This document shows, piece after piece, positions 24,692-32,347 of a stretch of DNA of 32,347 nt. Origin of the DNA: Saprospiraceae bacterium. GTDB lineage: Bacteria > Bacteroidota > Bacteroidia > Chitinophagales > Saprospiraceae. Location of the stretch: NCBI GenBank assembly GCA_043786955.1, contig JAYVVO010000256.1, positions 1 through 32,347 of the forward strand. The letters run 5' to 3'. The notes below the pieces were generated by a model. It did no database searches, was not told where the DNA came from, and saw nothing but the letters and a program-made list of their open reading frames with translations. Position 1 is the stretch's first letter; every line of letters begins with the position of its first letter. The position numbers and the translations under genes are program-made.

Positions 24692-24699
24692 GGGGGGGG
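24692..24699. repeat. G8 (C8 on the sense strand) homopolymer 15 nt upstream of the ATG of the 629-aa gene
   Basis: Sequence ttaaCGGGGGGGGaatt read directly. Confidence 0.9.
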
Positions 24700-24902
24700 A
24701 ATTACTTAATTATGATAATGAAAATGTGATGGTTAAAAAAAATTGAGAAAGTCTGCCTATAAGCATAAATAAGGTATACTCTAACCCCCTTCAATTACAA
24801 TGCCAAACCTATTCTTTTTTTAAAAAATCTAAAATTTTAGGAAAAATAAAAATAAAAAGTTCTAATGTTGTTAACATCTTTCTAAAATCTTATCTACAGA
24901 CT

Positions 24903-24910
24903 TACTTTTG
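24903..24910 (+). promoter_or_regulatory. Bacteroidota -7 promoter box TACTTTTG (TAnnTTTG consensus) upstream of pyc
   Basis: Exact match to TAnnTTTG, 19 nt before the ATG at 24930. No clear -33 TTG at canonical spacing. Confidence 0.4.
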
Positions 24911-24929
24911 CAAGAAATAATAAAAACGT

Positions 24930-27900
24930 ATGGAGGAGCAATATAAACGGTTCAAAAAAATTTTAGTAGCTAACAGAAGCGAGATTGCTATTCGTATTTT
25001 ACGTGCCGCTTCTGAATTGCATATCGGGACGATTGCAGTATTTACTTATGAAGACAGATATTCTTTGCACCGTTACAAAGCCGATGAAGCGTATCAAATT
25101 GGTGCGAACGATCAACCATTAAAACCTTATTTAGATATTGAGGAAATATTGCGCGTCGCAAAACTCAACCGTGCTGAGGCTATTCACCCAGGTTATGGTT
25201 TTTTAAGCGAGAATGTTCAGTTTGCGCGCAGATGTCGAGAGGAAGGTATTGTATTTATCGGTCCTTCCCCAGAAGTGATGATGCAATTAGGAGATAAAAT
25301 TGCTGCGAAAAATGTGGCGCGCGCGTTGGATATTCCAATGATTCCAGATTCAAAAATTTCTTTAACGACGGAAGAAATCGCACTTTCTGAAGCACACCGT
25401 GTTGGTTTTCCAATCATGTTGAAAGCGGCATCGGGTGGTGGCGGACGTGGAATGCGCGTCGTCAGAAATGACGAAGAATTAAAACGCGGCTATTACGATG
25501 CTGCAAGTGAAGCACTCAAAGCGTTCGGCGATGGCACATTGTTTATTGAAAAATTTATAGAAAATCCAAAACACATCGAAGTTCAACTCCTCGGTGACAT
25601 GCACGGGAATTTAGTGCATCTGTTCGAGCGCGATTGCTCGGTGCAAAGGCGTTTTCAAAAAGTAGTAGAAATCGCACCTTCCATAACATTAAAACAAGAA
25701 ACGAAAGAAAAGCTTTATGCCTACGCTTTACAAATTGGTAAACACGTCGGTTATCAGAATGCAGGAACGGTAGAGTTTTTAGTGGATAGCGACGAAAGCG
25801 TTTATTTTATAGAAGTTAATCCGCGCATTCAAGTTGAACACACCATTACAGAAGAAATTACAGGCATTGATATTGTGCGCTCACAAATTCTGATTGCAGA
25901 AGGTTATGAACTGAGTCATAAAAAACTTTTACTCACGCAAGAAGAAATTACGTGTTCGGGTTTTGCCATTCAATGTCGCATCACGACAGAAAACCCAGAA
26001 GAAAATTTTAAACCCGATTATGGAACTTTAATCGCCTATCGCTCGGCAGGTGGTTTCGGTATTCGTTTAGATGCTGGCAGTGCGTATGCTGGTGCACAAA
26101 TTTCGCCGTTTTTCGATTCACTTTTAGTAAAAGTAACTGGATGGGGAAGAACTTATACGGGTGCTGCCGATAGGCTTTTGCGTGCATTGAGTGAATTTAG
26201 AATTCGCGGAGTACAAACAAATATCGGCTTTTTGGAAAATATGCTGCGTGATGCAACGTTCCGAAAGGGAGAATGCACCGTTAATTTTATCGCAACGCAT
26301 CCCAATCTTTTAGAAATGCCGCGCCGACAAGATCGCGGTACAAAAATTCTTAAATTTTTAGCTGAGACAATCGTGAATGGCAATAAAGATGTGCCGTTTA
26401 TTGATCCGAAAAAAAATAATTTATTTAGAGTGCCTGTAGTTCCAAAAAACCTCGCAGGTTTTGAAAACCTACGAGGTTTAGGTACACGAGACGCATTAAT
26501 TAAAAAAGGCCGCTCTCAATTTTTGATAGATTTAAAAAATGAAAAACAAATTCAATATACCGATACGACTTGGCGTGACGCGCACCAATCGTTAATAGCA
26601 ACGCGACTGCGAACACTCGACATGACGAACGTGGCAGAGAGTTATGCACAGTTGCTCGGTGATAAAGTTTTTTCAATAGAAATGTGGGGCGGAGCGACTT
26701 TCGATGTCGCGCTACGTTTTTTAAAAGAGTGTCCTTGGAAACGTCTTCAACTATTGCGCGCCGCTGTACCAAATGTTTTATTTCAAATGTTATTGCGCGG
26801 ATCAAACGCGGTGGGATATAAAGCCTACCCCGATAATATTGTCGTGAAGTTTATTGAAACAGCTGCCGAGCGTGGCATAGATATTTTCCGCATTTTCGAT
26901 TCGTTCAATAACATAGATTCTATGCGAACTTCCATTCGCACTGTAGTTTCCATTCCAAATGCAATTGCTGAAGCGTGTATTTGTTATTCAGGCGAAATTT
27001 TAGATCCCCATAGGCAGAAATTTAATTTGCACTACTACATGGATATGGCGCAACGACTCGAAGATGAAGGCGCGCATATTTTAGCGATTAAAGATATGGC
27101 TGGTTTGTTGAAACCTTTGTCAGCGCGTATTTTAATTGAAAAATTGAAAGAAAAAATTTCGATTCCGATCCATCTTCATACGCATGATACAGGTGGCATT
27201 CAATCTGCAACGTATTTAGAAGCCGTAAATGCTGGCGTGAATATTATTGATGTAGCCATGTCGTCCTTTTCAGGATTAACATCTCAGCCCAGTTTTAATT
27301 CTATCGTCGCCATGTTGCAACCCCATGAACGTGCGAAAGATATTGATTTAAAAACACTCAATGCTTTTTCAAATTATTGGGAGGCTGTGCGCGATTATTA
27401 TTATCCGTTTGAATCCGATTTACGCGCTTCGACTGCAGAAGTTTTTGATAATGAAATTCCAGGCGGACAATATTCTAATTTGCGATCGCAAGCGAGAAGC
27501 CTCGGATTGGAAAATCAGTTTGAAACTATTAAACAAAATTATGAAGCTGCCAACCAAATGTTTGGCGATATCATTAAAGTAACGCCTTCCTCCAAAGTTG
27601 TTGGCGATATGGCAATGTTTATGACTGCAAATGATTTAACCACCGCAGATATTTTTTCTAAAAGCGATACACTAAATTTTCCAGAATCGGTGAAAGAAAT
27701 GATGCGCGGCGATTTAGGTTTAAATCCAGGGGGATTTCCGAGTGAAATTCAGAAAATTATTTTAAAAAATGAAAAGCCGAACGATAAAAATCCGAATGAA
27801 TATCTGCCACCCATTGATATTGATGCAGAAAAAATTTTATTCAAACAAAAATTCGGACCATACGTGCACGATCTCGACTTTCTGAGTTGGCAAATGTATC

Positions 27901-28391
27901 CGAAAGTTTTTGAGGAATTTAATACACATTTTGAAGAATTTGGCGATGTTCGCAATATTCCAACACCTGCGTTTTTATACGGGTTGAAATTTAATGAGGA
28001 AATTATTGTTGAAATTGCTAAAGGTAAATCTATTTTACTCAAGTTTTTAAACATGACTGAGCCGAATGAAGCTGGAGAGCGAGCCATTTTTTTTCTATTA
28101 AATGGTCAAACGCGCTCAATTAGTGTGCGCGATAAAAAAGCAAAAACAATTCTTATTACAAATCAGAAAGTAACGAGTGCTTCTCAAATCGGCTCACCGC
28201 TCAAAGGAAGTATCAGTAAAATTTTTGTAAAAGAAGGCGAAGAGGTAGAACGGGATGCACCACTTTTCGTCATTGAAGCAATGAAAATGGAAACAACTAT
28301 CACTGCGCCTAAAAGCGCTAAAATAAGTAAGATTTTTTTAAAAGAACGCTCACTCGTTGATGTAGATGATTTGGTAATTGGGTTTCTATAA
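24930..28391 (+). CDS. pyc: Pyruvate carboxylase (single-chain: biotin carboxylase + carboxyltransferase + biotinyl domain)
   Basis: 1153 aa. ATP-grasp biotin carboxylase N-terminus (KILVANRSEIAIRILRA, GGGGRGMRVV). Carboxyltransferase HLHTHDTGG. Biotinylation motif IEAMKMETTI near the C-terminus. Confidence 0.95.
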   Translation: MEEQYKRFKKILVANRSEIAIRILRAASELHIGTIAVFTYEDRYSLHRYKADEAYQIGANDQPLKPYLDIEEILRVAKLNRAEAIHPGYGFLSENVQFARRCREEGIVFIGPSPEVMMQLGDKIAAKNVARALDIPMIPDSKISLTTEEIALSEAHRVGFPIMLKAASGGGGRGMRVVRNDEELKRGYYDAASEALKAFGDGTLFIEKFIENPKHIEVQLLGDMHGNLVHLFERDCSVQRRFQKVVEIAPSITLKQETKEKLYAYALQIGKHVGYQNAGTVEFLVDSDESVYFIEVNPRIQVEHTITEEITGIDIVRSQILIAEGYELSHKKLLLTQEEITCSGFAIQCRITTENPEENFKPDYGTLIAYRSAGGFGIRLDAGSAYAGAQISPFFDSLLVKVTGWGRTYTGAADRLLRALSEFRIRGVQTNIGFLENMLRDATFRKGECTVNFIATHPNLLEMPRRQDRGTKILKFLAETIVNGNKDVPFIDPKKNNLFRVPVVPKNLAGFENLRGLGTRDALIKKGRSQFLIDLKNEKQIQYTDTTWRDAHQSLIATRLRTLDMTNVAESYAQLLGDKVFSIEMWGGATFDVALRFLKECPWKRLQLLRAAVPNVLFQMLLRGSNAVGYKAYPDNIVVKFIETAAERGIDIFRIFDSFNNIDSMRTSIRTVVSIPNAIAEACICYSGEILDPHRQKFNLHYYMDMAQRLEDEGAHILAIKDMAGLLKPLSARILIEKLKEKISIPIHLHTHDTGGIQSATYLEAVNAGVNIIDVAMSSFSGLTSQPSFNSIVAMLQPHERAKDIDLKTLNAFSNYWEAVRDYYYPFESDLRASTAEVFDNEIPGGQYSNLRSQARSLGLENQFETIKQNYEAANQMFGDIIKVTPSSKVVGDMAMFMTANDLTTADIFSKSDTLNFPESVKEMMRGDLGLNPGGFPSEIQKIILKNEKPNDKNPNEYLPPIDIDAEKILFKQKFGPYVHDLDFLSWQMYPKVFEEFNTHFEEFGDVRNIPTPAFLYGLKFNEEIIVEIAKGKSILLKFLNMTEPNEAGERAIFFLLNGQTRSISVRDKKAKTILITNQKVTSASQIGSPLKGSISKIFVKEGEEVERDAPLFVIEAMKMETTITAPKSAKISKIFLKERSLVDVDDLVIGFL

Positions 28392-28393
28392 TT

Positions 28394-28432
28394 CGAAGCG
28401 AATAGTTAATAAAACTATTCGCTTTGCTTTTT
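28394..28432 (+). terminator. Intrinsic terminator after pyc
   Basis: Perfect 12-bp stem AAGCGAATAGTT (28396..28407) / AACTATTCGCTT (28413..28424), loop AATAA, followed by TGCTTTTTGTG. Confidence 0.7.
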
Positions 28433-28505
28433 GTGATTGATATTGCAAAACTACGTTTACAGAAGCATAAAAAGTAAAAAAGAAATTTTACAAAAAATAT
28501 AAATT

Positions 28506-29267
28506 CTATTTTGGAAAAGATTGAGCTATCGTTAAAAAGTCTGTAGATTTTAAAGATGCGCCACCGATCAAACCACCGTCAACGTCTGGTTGAGAAAAAA
28601 TTGAGGCAGCGTTAGCTGCATTGCAACTACCACCATATAAAATGCTAATGCTATCAGCTACATCTTTGCCATATTTTTTAGAAATATGATTTCTCAAAGC
28701 GGCGTGCATTTCTTGCGCCTCGTCAACTGTCGCTGTTTTACCCGTGCCGATTGCCCAAATCGGTTCGTAAGCAATCACCAATTTGCTAAAATCAGTTTCA
28801 GAAAGATGGAAAAGTTCGCGTGTAATTTGTGATTTCACGTAACTAAAATGTAATCCTGTTTCACGAATTTCTAACGGCTCGCCGCAGCAATAAATGGGTG
28901 TTAAACCATATACTAAAGCTATATCAACTTTTTTAGAAAGCAGTTTTGATTTTTCGGAAAAAATTTGACGGCGTTCGCTGTGTCCAATTATAACGTGTGA
29001 GACTCCAACGCTACTTAACATGGCAGCAGAAATTTCTCCCGTAAATGCACCCGCTATTTCGCAATAACAATTTTGCGCACCAATAGAAATTGTTTCGTGT
29101 GCGTTTTTGCGTGCACTTTCTAAATAAATCGCTGGTGTGCATAAAACCAACTGCACATTTTGCAATCCGCTCGCCCCCTGATTGATTTCGTTGATAAGTG
29201 CTGCGGCTTCGACAGCGGTTTTATTCATTTTCCAGTTGCCGGCTACAATGTTTTTTCGTAATTGCAT
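28506..29267 (-). CDS. tpiA: Triose-phosphate isomerase
   Basis: 253 aa. Motifs VAGNWKMN, IGHSERR, AYEPIWAIGTG, YGGS. Confidence 0.95.
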   Translation of the reverse strand: MQLRKNIVAGNWKMNKTAVEAAALINEINQGASGLQNVQLVLCTPAIYLESARKNAHETISIGAQNCYCEIAGAFTGEISAAMLSSVGVSHVIIGHSERRQIFSEKSKLLSKKVDIALVYGLTPIYCCGEPLEIRETGLHFSYVKSQITRELFHLSETDFSKLVIAYEPIWAIGTGKTATVDEAQEMHAALRNHISKKYGKDVADSISILYGGSCNAANAASIFSQPDVDGGLIGGASLKSTDFLTIAQSFPK

Positions 29268-29273
29268 AATTTC

Positions 29274-29373
29274 GTTGTTAGTTGTTAGTTGTTAGTTGTT
29301 AGTTGTTAGTTGTTAGTTGTTAGTTGTTCGTCATAGAGTACTCTTAACCGAGCAACTAACAACGAACAACTAA
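29274..29373. repeat. Heptamer array (GTTGTTA x7 + GTTGTTC) followed by an inverted copy (CAACTAACAACGAACAACTAA), filling the PPK2-tpiA spacer
   Basis: Array at 29274..29329. 11-bp stem TTAGTTGTTCG (29320..29330) / CGAACAACTAA (29363..29373). Internal 10-bp palindrome AGAGTACTCT at 29335..29344. Confidence 0.85.
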
Positions 29374-29377
29374 TTTT

Positions 29378-30118
29378 TTATTTTTTAAAAATTTTTGAGA
29401 CAAGCTCAGGATATTTCGGATTTAAATCCGTCAAAGTTTTATGTAGTTCTTTAGCCACCACATAATTTCTATACCAATCATTATCACACGGAACGGTCGT
29501 CCATTTTATTTTAGAATTATCCAAAATGTATTGGTACGCAGTCTGATATTTATCCCAAAGTTTACGCTCTTCCCAATCTCCATCACTGTGTTTCCACTGC
29601 TTTTTACGCACGTTAACACGCTCTGTTAATTTCTCTTCTTGCTTTTCATATCCAATATTCAGAAAAAACTTTAAGACGGTTGTGTTATTATCGGCATCTA
29701 ATAATTTTTCAAAAGCATTTATAGCCTCCATGCGCACATCGCGACGTTTATCGTCAATCCAACCATGCACGTATTGTATCAAAATATCTTCGTAATAGGA
29801 GCGATTAAAAATAGTTATTTCGCCTTTTTGTGGCACAAAATTGTGAGCACGCCACAAAAAGTCGTGCGCCATTTCCTCATCGGAAGGTTTTTTAAAAGCA
29901 TGATACCTCAGAAACGAAGCTGAAATTGCTCCGAACACATCTTTGGTTATACCATCTTTTCCAGAACCATCAATCCCTTGCAGCAAAATCAAAACCGAAT
30001 GTTTGCGCTCAGCATATAGCGTTGTGGATAAATCCGCAATGTCGCTCAATAGCGCAATCGTCTCGATCTTTATGTCGTTCTTGTCTAAATTATCCGGCGC
30101 ACCTGTTTTGTTTTTCAT
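29378..30118 (-). CDS. Polyphosphate kinase 2 family protein (polyphosphate:nucleotide phosphotransferase)
   Basis: Walker-A-like LLQGIDGSGKDG, FNRSYYEDIL, and PPK2-typical length. The track start at 30166 is a TTG inside a repeat element, so the ATG at 30118 (MKNKTGAPDNL) is preferred. Confidence 0.85.
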   Translation of the reverse strand: MKNKTGAPDNLDKNDIKIETIALLSDIADLSTTLYAERKHSVLILLQGIDGSGKDGITKDVFGAISASFLRYHAFKKPSDEEMAHDFLWRAHNFVPQKGEITIFNRSYYEDILIQYVHGWIDDKRRDVRMEAINAFEKLLDADNNTTVLKFFLNIGYEKQEEKLTERVNVRKKQWKHSDGDWEERKLWDKYQTAYQYILDNSKIKWTTVPCDNDWYRNYVVAKELHKTLTDLNPKYPELVSKIFKK

Positions 30119-30142
30119 AACATTGATTGAACTGTGACCTTT

Positions 30143-30195
30143 AAGCTTTGAGCAATGAGCTGCCAATCTTGAGCGGGGCTTATAGCTATAAGCTA
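30143..30195. repeat. GCTCAAAGCT-family element (reverse orientation AAGCTTTGAGC, GAGC phased at 7 nt) ending in the 16-bp palindrome GCTTATAGCTATAAGC, which overlaps the panB stop
   Basis: GAGC at 30150, 30157 and 30171. Palindrome at 30178..30193. AGCTATAAGCT (30184..30194) is shared with 9061..9071. Confidence 0.8.
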
Positions 30196-31008
30196 ATACT
30201 GTTCCGAATCACTCGGAAAATTATTTGATTTAACATCCTCCACGTAATGCGTTACAGCATTTTTAATTACGTTGTATAAGTCAGCATATTGACGCAAAAA
30301 GCGTGGTTTGAATTCATTATTAATGCCGAGCATATCATGCAAGACTAAAATTTGACCGTCGCAATTTTTTCCTGCGCCAATTCCAATGGTTGGAATTTGT
30401 AAACTTTCTGAAACTTCTTTCGCTAAAGTAGCTGGAATTTTTTCTAAAACTATGCCGAAACAACCTAATTCTTGCAACAGTAAAGCATCTGATTTGAGTT
30501 TTTCTGCTTCGGCATCTTCTTTAGCGCGCACGGCATACGTGCCGAATTTATAAATACTTTGAGGTACTAAACCTAAATGACCCATCACCGGAATACCTGC
30601 AGAAAGTATTTTTTTTACACTTGACTCGACTTCTAAACCTCCTTCTAATTTCACTGCATGGGCTCCCGATTCCTTCATAATTCTAATTGCAGATTCTAAA
30701 GCTACGCGAGAACTGCCTTGATAAGAACCAAAAGGCAAATCTACAATAACCAAAGCGCGTTTAACGCCTCGCACTACCGATTGGGCGTGATAAATCATTT
30801 GGTCTAAAGTAATTGGTAGCGTAGTCTCATGTCCTGCAATAACGTTGCTCGCGCTATCGCCTACTAATATAGCATCAACACCGCCTTCGTCAACAATTCG
30901 CGCCAAAGAATAATCGTAAGAAGTTAGCATAGAAATAAATTGTTTCTTCTGCTTCATGTTCAAAAGCGTGTTAACCGTTACGCGTTTAATTTCAGTATGT
31001 ACCGACAT
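30193..31008 (-). CDS. panB: 3-methyl-2-oxobutanoate hydroxymethyltransferase (ketopantoate hydroxymethyltransferase)
   Basis: 271 aa. Motifs [41 protein letters not shown]. Confidence 0.95.
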   Translation of the reverse strand: MSVHTEIKRVTVNTLLNMKQKKQFISMLTSYDYSLARIVDEGGVDAILVGDSASNVIAGHETTLPITLDQMIYHAQSVVRGVKRALVIVDLPFGSYQGSSRVALESAIRIMKESGAHAVKLEGGLEVESSVKKILSAGIPVMGHLGLVPQSIYKFGTYAVRAKEDAEAEKLKSDALLLQELGCFGIVLEKIPATLAKEVSESLQIPTIGIGAGKNCDGQILVLHDMLGINNEFKPRFLRQYADLYNVIKNAVTHYVEDVKSNNFPSDSEQY

Positions 31009-31035
31009 ATTAATAGTGATAAGTTTTAATTAGCT

Positions 31036-31085
31036 ATGAGCTTTGATATATGAGCCTCGCTTAACAATAGTAGTTCAAAGCTCAT
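31036..31085. repeat. GCTCAAAGCT-family hairpin in the panB/MarR divergent region
   Basis: Perfect 11-bp stem ATGAGCTTTGA (31036..31046) / TCAAAGCTCAT (31075..31085) with a 28-nt loop. ATGAGC repeats at 14-nt phase (31036, 31050). Confidence 0.75.
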
Positions 31086-31196
31086 TATCTCGGGCTAAAA
31101 TTAATCAACATGAACGCACTTATTGTAATTTATTATAAAATTTGGAATAAAATTAAGAGGAAGTCTAATTTTATAGATGTTTATAACAAAGAATCT

Positions 31197-31216
31197 TAAT
31201 TTTGTACGTAAATTTG
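31197..31216 (+). promoter_or_regulatory. Two overlapping-phase TAnnTTTG boxes (TAATTTTG at 31197, TAAATTTG at 31209) upstream of the MarR gene
   Basis: Exact consensus matches 17-29 nt upstream of the ATG at 31233. Confidence 0.4.
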
Positions 31217-31232
31217 ATTTTATAAAATTTGT

Positions 31233-31754
31233 ATGGAAGGTACTTTTAAAAATGAATACCACAAGCTACGTTTAAATTTACTCTGGTGCTCAAACTGGTT
31301 ACGTACAGAAATTATAACTATTTTAGAGCCTTTTGAACTCACGCAACAACAACTTAATGCACTTAGGATTTTGCGAAGTCGCATGACAATTGAAAGTGAA
31401 AAAACTTTTTCTACGCAAGACCTTCGAGAATTGATGCTCGATAAAATGAGCGATACTTCACGTTTGGTGGATAGGCTAGTTGAAAAAAAATGGGTGGTAA
31501 AGAAAACCGATACCGCCGATAAACGGCGCGTGAGTATTGCCATTACTCAAAGTGGGTTAATGCTTTTAGAAAAAGTAGATATAAAACTTTCTGATTTTGA
31601 AGATATTTTAAAAGAATATACGCAGGATGAAGTTAAACTTTTGAATAAACTTTTAGAAAAATTGACTAACAAAAACAAGGAAGACTTTAAACGGTATTTA
31701 CTTGATACACCTTCGGATGCTTTAGAGTATGCTATTTTTGGCGCGAATATTTAA
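31233..31754 (+). CDS. MarR family transcriptional regulator
   Basis: Winged-helix pattern LTQQQLNALRILRS...DTSRLVDRLVEKKWVVKKTDTADKRRVSIAITQSG. Confidence 0.8.
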   Translation: MEGTFKNEYHKLRLNLLWCSNWLRTEIITILEPFELTQQQLNALRILRSRMTIESEKTFSTQDLRELMLDKMSDTSRLVDRLVEKKWVVKKTDTADKRRVSIAITQSGLMLLEKVDIKLSDFEDILKEYTQDEVKLLNKLLEKLTNKNKEDFKRYLLDTPSDALEYAIFGANI

Positions 31755-31775
31755 TTAATCATTAACCATCATAAC

Positions 31776-32347
31776 GTGTTTCACCAGATTAAAAAACTAT
31801 CTTTAGTTATTATTGCTTTGTTTTCAATTCACCAAATTGGATGCAGTCAAAACTCGCACGTCTATAACCATAACGATACTTTACGCGGTTCGATTACAAA
31901 AGAACGCGCATGGTGGGATGTAACTCATTACACGCTAAAAATCAAACCAGATATTGATAATCAAACGATTCAAGGCGTAAATTTTATTCGATTTAAAGCA
32001 CTTAAAAGCGATTCCGTTTTACAAATTGATTTACAACCCGATTTAAAGATTGATTCTATAATTTATTTATCGCAAAAATGCAAAATTTTCGATGAGGGCA
32101 TCAATGCACATTTAGTAACATTACCAAATGTTTGCAAAGTAAATTCAATTTATGAAATCGGTGTTTATTATCATGGTAAACCGCACATTGCAACAAATCC
32201 GCCTTGGGAAGGTGGATTTCAGTGGGGAAAAAATGATTACTTGCCGTATATTTCAACGTCTTGTCAAGGTTTAGGCGCCAGTTCTTGGTGGCCCTGCAAA
32301 GATCATCAGAGTGATGAACCCGATTCGATGCTGATTGAAATAACAGT
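31776..32347 (+). CDS. M1 family metallopeptidase (aminopeptidase N-like), N-terminal part; lipoprotein-type signal; runs off the window
   Basis: Hand translation from the GTG at 31776 is open to the window end: VFHQIKKLSLVIIALFSIHQIGCSQ...DTLRGSITKERAWWDVTHYTLKI...GLGASSWWPCKDHQSDEPDS. Absent from the ORF track because it has no stop. Confidence 0.75.
   Translation, partial: MFHQIKKLSLVIIALFSIHQIGCSQNSHVYNHNDTLRGSITKERAWWDVTHYTLKIKPDIDNQTIQGVNFIRFKALKSDSVLQIDLQPDLKIDSIIYLSQKCKIFDEGINAHLVTLPNVCKVNSIYEIGVYYHGKPHIATNPPWEGGFQWGKNDYLPYISTSCQGLGASSWWPCKDHQSDEPDSMLIEIT

Noticed and set aside
31036-31085. Inverted repeat considered as the MarR operator
   Set aside because: The 28-nt spacing between half-sites is much larger than typical MarR-family palindromes. 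The arms belong to the dispersed GCTCAAAGCT family seen at unrelated loci. I kept it only as a low-priority test within a finding.

Overview
Visibly AT-rich, Bacteroidota-type chromosomal segment, judged from T9SS C-terminal sorting domains, SprB repeats and TAnnTTTG promoter boxes. LEFT (1-10.2 kb): an edge fragment of an IS630-like HTH ORF, a small membrane protein, and a penicillin-acylase-family Ntn hydrolase with an in-frame, palindrome-flanked N/T/S-rich insert. It also holds a convergent pair of T9SS type-A cargo proteins (a DUF4331 protein and a two-HKD phospholipase-D-family enzyme), a small secreted protein and a THUMP RNA methyltransferase. CENTRE (10.5-24.7 kb, all minus strand): an accessory-looking island of four surface proteins. 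These are a T9SS type-B CTD protein, two paralogous fibre proteins with a shared N-terminal domain, and a 2280-aa adhesin. One fibre carries a near-identical 558-bp tandem duplication. The other has Hep_Hag-like G-rich repeats plus a phage-tail-fibre-type S74 intramolecular-chaperone domain. The adhesin has Ig-like repeats, a duplicated module flanking a 6-blade Kelch propeller and 7 SprB repeats, and it ends without the expected T9SS sorting domain. RIGHT (24.9-32.3 kb): housekeeping genes pyc, tpiA, a PPK2 family gene, panB, a MarR regulator and a partial M1 peptidase. Most intergenic spacers contain heptamer-phased tandem or inverted repeats (GCTCAAAGCT, GGTTAAT and GTTGTTA families). G8 homopolymers sit inside one fibre gene and just upstream of the island's first gene. 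I saw no rRNA, tRNA, CRISPR array or recognisable defence genes. The best candidate for something undescribed is the fibre/adhesin island with its shared repeat-structured leaders. All domain calls come from motif recognition by eye, not from searches.
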